Shown in pieces: positions 38,656 through 49,942 of a stretch of 64,000 nt of DNA. This DNA is from Protoeuglena noctilucae (Eukaryota). Within the stretch, counting starts at the first letter, position 1. The number at the start of each line of letters is the position of its first letter. The translations under genes and the position numbers were made by a program. The notes under the pieces were generated by a model. It saw nothing but the letters and a program-made list of their open reading frames with translations, was not told where the DNA came from and did not search any database. The stretch spans positions 248,001 through 312,000 of the forward strand of contig OY253684.1 of the NCBI GenBank assembly GCA_958009085.1. Reading direction: 5' to 3'.

Positions 38656-40577
38656 TCAGAAGTAGATCTGCTGCTTGGGGCGGCGCAGCGCCTGCTTGTC
38701 CATTTCCTGGTCGCGCATCATGATGAGGAACTCCTCGTAGTCGATCTCCCCGTTCCCGTCCTTGTCCACCTCCTGCGAAGCGGCGGGTGGGTGAGAAAAC
38801 GCTCGCCCACGTGACGGAGCCAGGCGGCGCTCCCGGCGGCAGCGCACGAGCCCCCCCTCGCCCCCCCTCGGCGCCCCTCGCCTTAATGATGCTCTTGACC
38901 TCGTCGGCCGAGATGTTGAAGTTGCGGAGGGCCTCGGTGACCTCGTCCACGGACAGCACCCCGTTGCCGTCCTTGTCGAACTTCTTAAAGGCGTGGTAGA
39001 TGTGCTCCTCGTGCTCGAGCTTGCTCTGGTGGATGGTGGCGGCCAGGAACTCTTCGTAGTCGATCTCGCCGTTGCCGTCCACGTCAGCCGCCTGCATCAG
39101 GTTGGTGATGTCCGTCTCGGTCAGCTTGTACCGCCCCTTGCCGATGGCCTGCCGGAGCTCGTCCATCGTGATGGCGCCCGACTTGTCCGTGTCGATCGCC
39201 TCGAACATGTTGCGCAGGCCCTCGATCTCGGCGGGGTCCAGCGACGCCGCGATGACCTGGAGGGCCCGGCGCTTGAGCTTGTTCATCTGCGCGAACTGCT
39301 TGAGGCGCTGCGCCACCACGTTGTCGATGACGCGGTCGGACGCGTTCCCGCCCTTGCGCAGCCAGGGGTCCGACAGCATCTCCTCCCCCGACGGCCGCGC
39401 CGCGGGGTCGCGCGTCAGCAGGCGCCGGATGCAGTTCTTGGCGTCCTCGCTGATCTCGGGCCACGGGTGGCTCGACAGGTCCAGCTCCCCCCGCAGCACC
39501 TCCTTGAAGATGGCCTCCTGCGTGTCGCCCCAGAAGGGGGGCACGCCGCTCAGCAGGATGTACAGGATGACGCCGCACGACCACACGTCCGCCTTCTCGT
39601 TGTAGTTGGGGTCCTGCTTGACCTTGCGGCCCGTCTTGGGGTCGAACACCTTCTGCCCCAGCACCTCGGGGGCAATGTAGTAGGCCGAGCCCACTGCGGG
39701 GGAAGGGGCCAGCGGGGCTCACACCGGGGCTCCCTCGATGCGTCACGGACGGAGCCCCTAGGCACGAGCGAGCCCGCCACCTGGGGAGCCCATCGCCACG
39801 GCGCAGACAGCCGCCCCGGCAGGCACCCCCGCCCGCCCCTCCGCCCTCACCCGTGTCGTGGAAGAAGTCCCCCGGCTTGAAGAAGACGGAGAGGCCGAAG
39901 TCGGTGAATTTCAGGTTGGCGTCCTTGGCCTCCGAGTCGAGGAGGAAGTTCTCCGGCTTCAGGTCGCGGTGCATGACGCCCATCTGGTGCATGTGCGACA
40001 CGGCCTCCACGATCGTGCGGCACATGTCGGCGGCCTTCTTCTCCGAGTACTTCTTCTCCTGGATGATGCGCTCGAACAGCTCGCCCCCCGTGCACAGTTC
40101 CATCACGATGTGCACCTCCTTCGAGTCCTCGAACGTGTCGTAGATCTTGACGATGTTGGGGTGGCCCGCCAGGTGGTTCATGATCTGCACCTCGCGCCGG
40201 AGGTCCTCCACGTCCTCGGGGTGGTGCAGCTTGCGCTTCGGGATGGTCTTGCACGCGAACACCTGCCCCGTCGCCTTGCTGGTGCACTTGCGCGCCTTGC
40301 CGAACTGGCCCTCCCCAAGCACGTCCCCCAGGACATACTTGTCCTTAATGTCCCCCGACTTCTTCCCTGCGGCGCGGTCAGGGGCGGGGACTCTGCCGCG
40401 GCGCTGCGGGCGTGGCACGCGCCCCCAAGGGCCTTGGGGGCCTCCACTGTCACCCACACGGCCGCTCCACTCACCCAGCACGAAGGTGGGGTTCTTGAGA
40501 TCCATGGTGTCCGGCTTCCCGGTCGCTACGATGATCGGTCCAGTTGCCACGTCTTTCCGTCTGATGCAATTGCCCAT
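38656..40577 (-). CDS. Calcium-dependent protein kinase (CDPK/CPK) with four EF-hands; multi-exon
   Basis: N-terminal MGNC acylation motif; GEGQFG, HRDLKPENFLL, DFG, GSAYYIAPEVL; junction LKQFAQMNKLKRRAL; EF-hands DTDKSG, DVDGNG, DKDGNG, DKDGNG. Confidence 0.96.
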
Positions 40578-41919
40578 CTCCTCGAGGTCACACTGCGGGG
40601 GCCCGGGCATGTGGGTTGTCCGTGGCTGTGCACGAGCAGGCGTCGAGGCCCGGCAGCAACAGCGGGGCCGTGGGAGGCAGCGCGCCGCAAACGACGGGTG
40701 TCGTGACGACCGACGCGGCGCCAAAAGCCCCGCCATCGTGGGACGGGCGCGCTGTGGTCCAACCACCAGGGTGAGGTGGCAAGGCAGAACGACCCCCGAG
40801 GCAACGGAGCCGCTGAGGCCGAGACCACAGCAAGACATCGATCATACGCAGCCTGGCGTGGCATTCCAAACGAACGCCACGGGACAGGGGCCCGTGACCC
40901 GTCAGGACGGGGCGAACGCATCTGCAAGCCCAGCACGACCCCTTGCGCGCGGCATCCGCGTCGCGCGGCTGCCCCCAGCTGAAATCCATCTCAGATAGCA
41001 ACGCAGCGACAAGCGGGACACGAGTCGGGCGAGCGGGGAACCCGCAACCGTCGAGAGACATGTGCCCTGCTCCGCACCGCAAGACGCTCCTCCACGGCGC
41101 ATCCGGCCGCAAAACATATGCTACTGAAAGGTGATGCCCACGGCGATCGAGCAACGGCGTCGCCGGGCCGCGTCGGGGCCGCTGTCGACAAGAAAGCCGC
41201 TGCAGGGCCCGGGAGGGGGGGTTGCAGCTCCGCCCGTCAGGAAAGGTGCGTAACGATGCACGAGCTCCCTCCTCGCCGCCAGCAACGGCGCGATCGGGAG
41301 CGGCGGGCACCTCCAGCAGCCGAGCTCGTGCCGCGGCCCCGAGCGCGCGGGGAAGCGGCCATCACAGAGAAAGACGGGCGGAAAGTAAACAAGGCACTCT
41401 GGTCCGGCCCCCTGTGACCACCGTTACTGCTCAAAAAGCGCGCGTGAAGCAAGTTTGCCGAAAAGACGCACCTGCGGGTCGATGGCTGGACGGACGCTTA
41501 CGCCGATGTCATCGCTGAGTCGCAAGCGTCGTGTCGCGGGCGTCAGCTGTCGGGGAGGAGGCGATCCTGCTGTGTCTGGAAAACGCGGTCAGAGCACGGG
41601 GTGCTCCTCGCCGCTGGAGGTAGGGATAAGGCGAAGCGATAGAATAGGGCAGCGTCGCGCGCCCATGAGCCTGGTCACGCCGTGGGGGAGACCCTAGGGA
41701 ACGCCAGAAACGTGAGCAGGGAGGGGGCGGCAAATCAGGGCATTCGGTTGTCAACACGCGCAGGAGACGGCTCAATCAGCAGGCTTTCCGCTTCCTCCAA
41801 CCGCGGCTGCCAGGCGTGCATCGTGGGCGAGGGTCCTAAGCGACCAAAGCATCATCCCGCTTGAGCCGCTTCGTCCGCATCCGCTCGCCCTTCTGGGGAA
41901 GCCGCCGAGAGTCTGAAGG

Positions 41920-42924
41920 ATGACGGCTGTCGGGGCGCTCGTGTCGGGCCACGCTCTGCGCCTGTCGCGCACGGCAGGTGCGAGTTGCGACGCGGTGCGC
42001 CGGCCCAGACCGTCGTACTGCGCTCGACGTCCCCAGGGCCTGGGACGTGTGCCCACTGCAATGTTAGATTCAACTTCATTCTTGGAGATCTTTGTGGTGC
42101 CCGCACGGGCCCGGGGCGAGTGGGTGTGGCCAGTGGCCAACCCTTGGTGGGGAGTGGAGTGGTCCAAACAGCGTCCCGGGCGAGCGCCACCGTTAGGCGA
42201 TCACCCCCCACACTTTCTTTGCAGGTCGTGCCATCCGCACGGCGTCGCGGGCCCCTGCCTTTGCACCTGCGCGTCGGGCCGTGCCACATGGCCTTGGCCG
42301 GCACATCTGCGCGGCAGCCGCGGCGCCTCCCGCGACCCTTGCCCGCGAGGAGGTCCTCAAGGTGATGACCATAGTCGCTGCGTCCTGCACCTCCTCCCCT
42401 GAGGACTTCCTTTGCAACGCAATGCCCCTTGTCCCCCACCGTGCAGAGCCACCCCAAGAACAACGTCCCTGAGAACATTTACGAGAAGATCGGTCGGAAC
42501 CTGCATTTGAAGCCGAACCACCCCCTCAACATCCTCCGCACGGCCATCTACCAGTACTTCGACACGCTGGCCCCCGGGCGCTTCAACAAGTTCGACACCC
42601 TGGCACCCGTTGTGTCGATCGTGGCGAACTTCGACGAGGTGCTCGTGCCCGCCGACCACGTCTCCCGCTCCCCCAACGACACGTACTACGTCGACGACCA
42701 GAGCGTCCTGCGCTGCCACACCTCGGCCCACCAGGCTGAGATGCTGCGGAAGGGCGAGACAGGCGAGGCGCAGGCATCCCATCACGAGCACAAAGTCCAG
42801 TCCATCTGCACGCCCGGCACCCGCGTAACTCACTGCGCATGTCGGGGACCCGTGTCTGGCACCTCCACCTCCGCAGCGTTCCTGGTGACGGGGGACGTCT
42901 ACCGCCGTGACGCCATCGACGCCA

Positions 42925-42955
<31 letters not shown>

Positions 42956-43911
42956 GGTGCGGGTGTTCACCCGGGAGGAGTGGGAGGCGGCGGGGCACGA
43001 GGACGGCACCAAGATGGCGGAGGTGGAGCTGAAGAAGGCACTGGAGGGGCTGGCGAGGCACCTGTTCGGGTGAGGAGGCACGCAGGGGGCAGGGCGAGCA
43101 GCGGCACACGCGTGACGAGCGGCGCTGTGTTCGTTTGTATTCGTTCGAACGCCGGGCTCCGTGGGGCAGGGGCACAAGGCGGGTGTGGCTACAGGGTGGC
43201 TGGGCCAAGGCAGCTGGTGCTGTGCCTCGTGCAGGGACGTCGAGATGCGGTGGGTGGACACATACTTCCCCTTCACGGAGCCGTCCTTTGAGCTGGAGAT
43301 CTTCTTCGGGGGCGCGTGGCTGGAGGTCCTGGGGTGCGGGGTCATGCAACGCCAAATCCTGGACGCCAACGGTCGGGACAGGTGACACACACGCGTGAAT
43401 GAGACTTGTGCTTCGAACGAAATGCATGCTACTGGCAATGCTTGGCCGACACCCGCCCCGTGCGCCCCCGTGCCGCAGCAACGGGTGCCGGGCGTGGGCC
43501 TTCGGCCTGGGCCTGGAGCGCCTGGCCATGGTCCTCTTCGACATCCCCGACATCCGCCTCTTCTGGTCCGAGGACCGCCGCTTCACGGAGCAGTTCCGGG
43601 AGGGCGACCTTGGCACCAAGTTCAAGCCCTTCTCCAAGTTCCCCCCGTGCTACAAGGACGTGGCCTTCTGGATCAGCGACCGCTTCACGGAGAACAACCT
43701 GTGCGAGGTGGTGCGCGCCCAGGGGGGCGACCTCGTGGAGGAGGTGAAGCTCATCGACGCCTTCACGCACCCCAAGACGGGGCGCACCTCCAACTGCTTC
43801 CGCATCACCTACCGGTCCATGGAGCGCTCCCTCACCGACGAGGAGATCAACACGATCCAGGAGCAAGTGCGCACGCGCATCCGCGACGAGCTGGGGGTCG
43901 AACTTCGCTGA
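41920..43911 (+). CDS. Phenylalanine--tRNA ligase, organellar (monomeric chloroplast/mitochondrial type); multi-exon
   Basis: Transit-like [28 protein letters not shown]...; HPKNNVP...[81 protein letters not shown] and a C-terminal FDX-ACB domain. Confidence 0.96.
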
Positions 43912-44073
43912 GCAGGCAGTCGAGCTCTGCTGACGGAGCTCTCTTCCCACGTAGCACCGGTGGCAGCGCGTGCGGTTCCGGGTGACACTTGAACATTCGG
44001 CAGGTCTCTGCACTGCTCGCTAGCTCTTCTCTCGCAACAGCTCTGAGTCGAACAAACCCAGCCAGGCCTCTGG

Positions 44074-46850
44074 TCACAACAGCCCCTGCTGAGATCCCCC
44101 GGGGCTCGGGAGCGTGTAGCTTGGCCTGAGGAAGCCGTCGACCTGGACAAACTCCACGTCCCTCCGCCTCCCGAACACGAGGGAGACCAGGGGGTCTGCC
44201 AGGGCCTGGGACCCACTGGCCCACTCCCCATCGCCCCCGCCCCCGTCCCTCTCCCCTTCCGCCGTGCTGCTGCCGATGGGCATGCCGCCCGGGTGCTGGT
44301 CCGATGCGCCCTCTTCCTCCATGACCTGCCCGCCCACGTTGCGCACGAGCTCCTCCAGCAGCAGCATCTGAGGGAGCGATAGTCGTTTCATCCGTTGGTC
44401 ATCCGTGCCCCCCAATGCCGCTGCAGGGTGTTGCACTGCCACTGTTCATCTCCCCCACCTGCACGCGCTTCCGGTGGCTGTCGGACCTCAAGTGTTCAGC
44501 CGTGTCGCTCGCCCTGCTGAAGATGATCCCGCAGACATCGCATGTGTACTTGGGGTGGCTACGAAGGCGGCCCGTGAAGGGGTTGACGAACGGGGAGCGC
44601 AGCTGACTCAGGGAAGGACTGCAAAGGGAGGTGAGAGAGCGAGTGCGAATGTCAGCAGTCCCTTCAGTTGCTCAGCCAGCAGCAGCTCGGCAGGTCAGGC
44701 TGCATCCCGTCCTCACCTGCATTGGCTCCAGGCATTCCGGAAGTGCAGCTGGGCCTTGTCCTCCAGCGCCAGCTCCAAGTTTTTAACCGGAAAGAGGTCC
44801 CTGGGGCTCTGCAGCGCCCCTTGCCACTCGTCGCCCTCCACACCGCCGCCAACGCCCGGACACTCGCCCCAAGGCAGCTCGTCCGCTGGCCCCGCGCCGG
44901 CACCTGTGCCTTCCTCCGCTCTCCGCCTGACGCTGTCCCCGCTCCCATCGCGCTCGGTCCCCAGCCGCCCTTCTACGGCAGACTTTGCCCGCTTGATCCG
45001 CAGCCCATCGGGGGTCACAAAGTCCCCGCCATCCACCTGGCCCGCCACGCCCAGGTCCCCCACGGCACTTTCCGCAGACTCGTCGGCGCCCGCGTTCTCC
45101 TCGTCCAAAGCCAGGCGATTCAGCAGCTCCTGTGGGAATGCAACGGGGTCGCACACTGGCCCAACAGACCAGCATAATGCAGGAGTCGGCGGAGCACTTT
45201 GCACGACATGACAGCGAGAGGCGGTGGCAGGCACTGTTCGCAGAAGGCCACTGCGGCGCAGCCCTGCCCCCCAGCAGACACCTCACCTGCATCAGCAGCC
45301 CCTGCACCATGCGCCGGTGGGCGCGGCTGCCGAGGTGCCTCGCCGTGTCCTCCGCCCTCGAGAAGCGTATCCGACAGACCTCGCAAGAGTACTTGCTGTG
45401 CGTGGACACCGAGTAGGCCGCCATCCCCGTGCGCCGTAGCGCCTTGCTGCGCAGCCGCGCCACCAGGTGCTCCAGGGGCGGCGGCGAAGGCGTGCCCCCG
45501 GGGATGGGTGCACGCTCGACCGCCTCCGCTCGCCCCTGCTGCGGCGGAGCACCCCTAAGCATCACGGACAGGACGTCGGATGGGAGGCGCTCCCCGCCCA
45601 CGTCTGCCGTGAGCACGGGGTCCCAACCGGACCGGCCCCTCGCGCGCAGCTTGCGGACGAGCGACTTGCGGAAGATCTGGGTAAGAAAAGGGTGCGGCTT
45701 CCACGGTCCCGCCTCCTGGCCATCGACACCCGCCCGCGCCCACGGCCCCGCTGCGCGCACGCACGCCTCCACCTCCCGCACCGGCACCCACATCAGGTCG
45801 CGCGTGGGCTTGCCCGAAGCGCTGGTCGCGGGAAGCCCCATTTGGGCGTACCGCAGAGGGAGCTCCTGCCACCCCCGCAGGCGCAGGAAGAAGAGGGCGT
45901 AACGCCCCGACTTCTGCCAGCACATGTACCGCAGCAGAGGCTGCACGCGCCGCGCCGGAAGAAGCCCCCCCGTCTCCTCCTCCAGCTCCCTCGCCGCCGT
46001 GCTCTCGATGCCCTCGTCCGACTCACGGCGCTTGCCGCCCGGCACGGTCCACGCCGAGTGCACCAGCGCCTGCTTCTTCGAGGGGTGGCTCGGCAGGCCT
46101 CCATACATCTGACACAAGAGCACCACCAGCTCGCCGGACTCCGTAAAGTCGTAGCAAAGCACTCCGGCAGCTGCGGAGGGGGCACGCGGGATGGGTCCGC
46201 CAGGCCGCGCTGCCAGCTCGGCAGGACGGGACGACGCCGTCGGCGGCCACCTGGTCACAGGACCGCAACGTCGCGTCCACAACGCGCGCGCAGTCTCACC
46301 CTTGTAATTGGCGATGGACCTATGCTGCGCCCCAGCCACCGCCCCCGGCTCGGCTTTCACTGCAGCAGCCCGGCGCTTGAGAGGCGCGCTCCCGGTGGCA
46401 CAGCGAGTGTGCGGCAGGCTTCGAGGTAGACCCGGACAGCTGAGAGCCTGCGGGAAATGGCCGACACACGGGGCCCTGCCTCAGGAGCCCGGCCCGCGCC
46501 TCTGAGCGCAGCAAGACCAGCTACGGGGCATGTACGGCATGCAACGCAGCTAAGTCTGCGCCAGGTGGCAATTCACCGCGCGAGGAGCGCCGAATGAGGG
46601 CTGGAGGATGTGGGCTGCTCGGCCCACAGCCGTCCCCGGCGAGCCCTCCCGCCGCATGGACGCCCGGGTTCTGCGGCGGAAACAGAGGCATCAAGTGTGC
46701 ATTCTCGACTGGGATGAGGGCGCAGGCAGTCCGACATGGCCTCGCAGGGCCAGCGGAAGTGCTCACCCCGTGCGTGCAAAGCGCCCTGCAAGTCCTCGGG
46801 GTGCGATGCGGAAGCAAGGCCGATAACAACATATCAGCGGCGATCAAGCA
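44074..46850 (-). CDS. Nudix hydrolase fused to two C2H2 (matrin/dsRNA-binding-type) zinc fingers; 5' end uncertain; multi-exon
   Basis: AAGVLCY...PGGKRRESDEGIESTAARELEEETGGLL (Nudix box); ZnF1 KYSCEVCRIRFSRAEDTARHLGSRAHRRMVQ; ZnF2 (exon ~44459-44602) KYTCDVCGIIFSRASDTAEHLRSDSHRKRVQ. Confidence 0.78.
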
Positions 46851-47246
46851 CGCATCGCAGTCACATTTAAGAGGGAAAAGTGGAAAAGTGGCGAAGGGGT
46901 GCCCAAATCCGGCTCAGCTGCGCAGTGGTGGAAAAGAGAGGACAGCCTGACGCAGCTGCCGTTGTGGAGGAGGCAGTTGCCACGTCTGGCTGATCAAAGC
47001 CCCTCAAGACCGTGCCTGACGCCGGACGCCAGACTGTGCGACTTCGTGAGGCACCAAACTGGACACCACGCGCCTTCCACGGCAAGTTCTGTACCCTCCG
47101 CACAGCACCACGGGTCCTGCCCCGCGAGAAGTACGCTTTGCGGTCGTGTTCTGCTGCCTCCGCTCTGCTCATCTCCCCTGAGACAGCGGGAGCCCCAATT
47201 GGCTTGACTTGGCCGCGTGCTCTTTAGGTTTGGCAGGGTAGAGCAG

Positions 47247-48624
47247 ATGCGGACGTGCCACATCTGCGGGGAGCGGGATCACCAGGTGATCCACGCTGTG
47301 GGCGCGCCGCGCCTCCTCGTTGCGTTCTGCGTCGGCTTCTCGCGGTGGAGGGGCGTGCCCAGCGCAGATGACAGCCTTCGTCATTGCATCTGGGCACCCT
47401 GACGACGCGGAATGGCCGGCGGGGGCCTGTGCAGCGTTGCCGGCTTGGGCGCAAGCGTGCCCCGATTCGGCCGCGAGCTAGCGTCCCCTGTTCCTGGCGC
47501 GAGTAAGACAAGATCCTCTTGATGTCGTGGCACTCTCAGGCGGTCCTGTGCTTCAACGGGAACGTTGGATGGAAGGAGAAGTGGTCCAAGACCCCGGGAC
47601 TCGCGGAGAAGATTTTCAACCCCCGCCCCAACATCTGGCTCTCTGAGGCGAGTTGTTGTCTGCTTGATGCGCGGCAGAGAATGGCGCGGGGGTCAGGGCT
47701 GGCCTTGGACGTGGCAGAGCACACAAGTGTGCTGCTCTGCGCTTGCAGGAGCGCGCCAAGAAGCATGTTGACGTGGATGCGTTGGCGTCAGCTGCGAGGC
47801 GTCACGCAGGGCAGCAAAGCAAGAAGCTTGCCGAGCTCCCGGACTGGTCCAAGATTACTGAGGTTGCGGATGCCTCCAAGGCCTTGACGGAGGAGCAGAT
47901 CGTGCAGCAGGCCCGGGTGAGATCAGCTTTGTCGGCCGTCGACTGCACGCGCTAGCCTCCGTCTTGCTTTGGAACGTCCTTGGACCTCCGCACCGGACGG
48001 GGCGCCTTCCAGCACGCCTTCCAGCACGTCAGCTTCTGCCTGGAGGGCTGTCAGGCGTTAAATCGTGCCCTGAAGAACCTGTGTGCTCGTCGTGCGTGCA
48101 GGTGTGTGAGGAGAGCGAGGCGGATCGCCGGGCGAGGATTGCGGAGGAGAAGGCGCGGGACATGGAGGAGGTGACAGTTGTGCATGGCCCAGCAGGCTCA
48201 TGCTGTGGCGCATCGCTTGAGCTTCGTATGTCCACCAGGTAGCTGTGGGAGTATGCGCTCGCGTGACTGACACCCTCCCGAGTGACACCCCACGCAGAGG
48301 AAGAAGAAGTGGCTGGAGGAGGCGGGGCTGCCGGAGAAGATCCCGGAGTTTGTCCCGGGGATGACGGCGCCGCAGGCCTTCCCCATGGTGGCGTCCGTGC
48401 CCGCCCAGAGCATGGCGGCCCCCGCCGCATCCATGGCCCCTGCCGGCATGCCGGCAGCGTCTGCGGCACCCCCGCAGCCTCCCAAGCCGCAGCCGGCCGC
48501 CGAGCCGCCGCTGCCAGAGGGGTGGGCCTCGGCGAAGGCGCCGGACGGGCGGACCTACTTCTACCACAAGGTCACGAAGAAGACGCAGTGGTCGCGGCCC
48601 GACGCCAGCACGCCCATCCAGTAG
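47247..48624 (+). CDS. Zinc-knuckle (CCHC) and WW-domain protein; multi-exon
   Basis: MRTCHICGERDHQ|AVLC (CX2CX4HX4C completed across intron 47286-47539); C-terminal WW domain PLPEGWASAKAPDGRTYFYHKVTKKTQWSRP. Confidence 0.8.
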
Positions 48625-49059
48625 CCGCCTGCGCCGTTCGCTTGGACACATGGGCGCGGGTCGATCCATATTCCCTTGAAGGACGTGTCTCGGCTCCTCC
48701 TCAACGCTTGTGTCCAATGTCGGTGGAAACCTGCTGGCACGCGTCGACGATGGTCTCTTCCAGCCCGTGCGCCTTCCATCATGCACACGTTCACGAACTG
48801 GTTACAGAGGCAGCCCTTGCGTGTCGAAGACCGAGGGCACGGCGGAGAACAGGCTCTCCCCGCGCCGGTAGCTCGCCGCTGGGCGTCGCTGGGCTGCGCT
48901 GCTGGGCTCTGTTGCCGTATCGAGTCGCGTGGAGGAAAGAGAGATGAATAATGTCGACGGTGCGGCGCAGGCAGCCAGCGCCATGAGTTTTGGGGCTGCT
49001 CTTGCACAGGCGTGCGCCTAGGGCAGCCAAGTCGTCGTTCTCGGATAGATGGCGTCTGT

Positions 49060-49745
49060 ATGACCCTGCGCAAAGTGCTTGCTGGGTCTGGTTGCCGCTC
49101 CAAACGACGCTCGCTTGCTCCGCCCCAGAGCGCCCCCCTGCGCCGGCACGGCTGCGGGCACGGCCTTTTGCTACGCGAGGCAGATACATTTCCATACTCG
49201 CCTCAATGCCGCTGTGTCTGCGCGTCTTGCGACGCCCTGGTGTGTCGTGGCTTGCAGAGGCCAGCACTCTCCCCACCACGGGGCTGAAAGTCAAGGCGAC
49301 CTCCAAGCCTGCCATCTACATTCCCAAGGACGTCCAGCAGGCGATGCAGAACCCGAAGCACAGGTGACTTGTCGGGCTGTGGTGGTGCTCGCGGCGGCCG
49401 CCGGCTCGGGCGCGAAACTTCTCCCAATCCGCCATCGTCGCAGCGGGTCTCTGTCGGATGTGGTGGGGAACGCCGTGAAACGGTGGTACTACGAGGCGGC
49501 CGAGGAGGCGTACAAAGGGGACGTCAAGATGCAGGCTCTGTTGGGGAACATGCTCGTGGAGGGGTGAGAGCTGGGCTCTGGGCGAACATGCCGCGCGGGC
49601 TCATTGTCAGCGCTTCATATGCAATGCTGCCATGTCGCCCATGTGCAGGTACGGCGGCCCCAAGGACCCCGAACTGGGGAAGGAGTGGGTGGACCGGGCT
49701 CGCAAGAGGGGCTACAAGATGGCGGGGGTCTATTGCACCATTTGA
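49060..49745 (+). CDS. Small Sel1-like repeat protein (conserved green-lineage type); 5' end uncertain; multi-exon
   Basis: SLSDVVGNAVKRWYYEAAEEAYKGDVKMQALLGNMLVEG|YGGPKDPELGKEWVDRARKRGY is a single Sel1-like repeat. Confidence 0.7.
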
Positions 49746-49942
49746 CCGCGGTTTCTCACGCACGGGACCTTAGGGTGGCTATGCAGGGTTGGCCCGTCCA
49801 AGCCCCCCCCCCGTCACTCCCTGTTGGTCAGTCTGCTACCTGCTCTGCAAGCACCTTTGCCCAACAAAGCCACGATTTTCCCGTTTTCCTAGGACAGAAG
49901 CCGCCAATCCGACAGCCCGCGCGTTCGCTTCAACATTGCCGC

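Noticed and set aside
38993..40998. Long plus-strand ORFs antisense to CDPK, and similar ORFs antisense to PGI, MDH and PheRS
   Set aside because: Expected from extreme GC3 bias suppressing stop codons on the opposite strand; no recognisable motifs.
40600..41900. ORFs in the CDPK-PheRS divergent intergenic region
   Set aside because: No coding-like codon bias or domain motifs; likely 5' UTR and promoter sequence.
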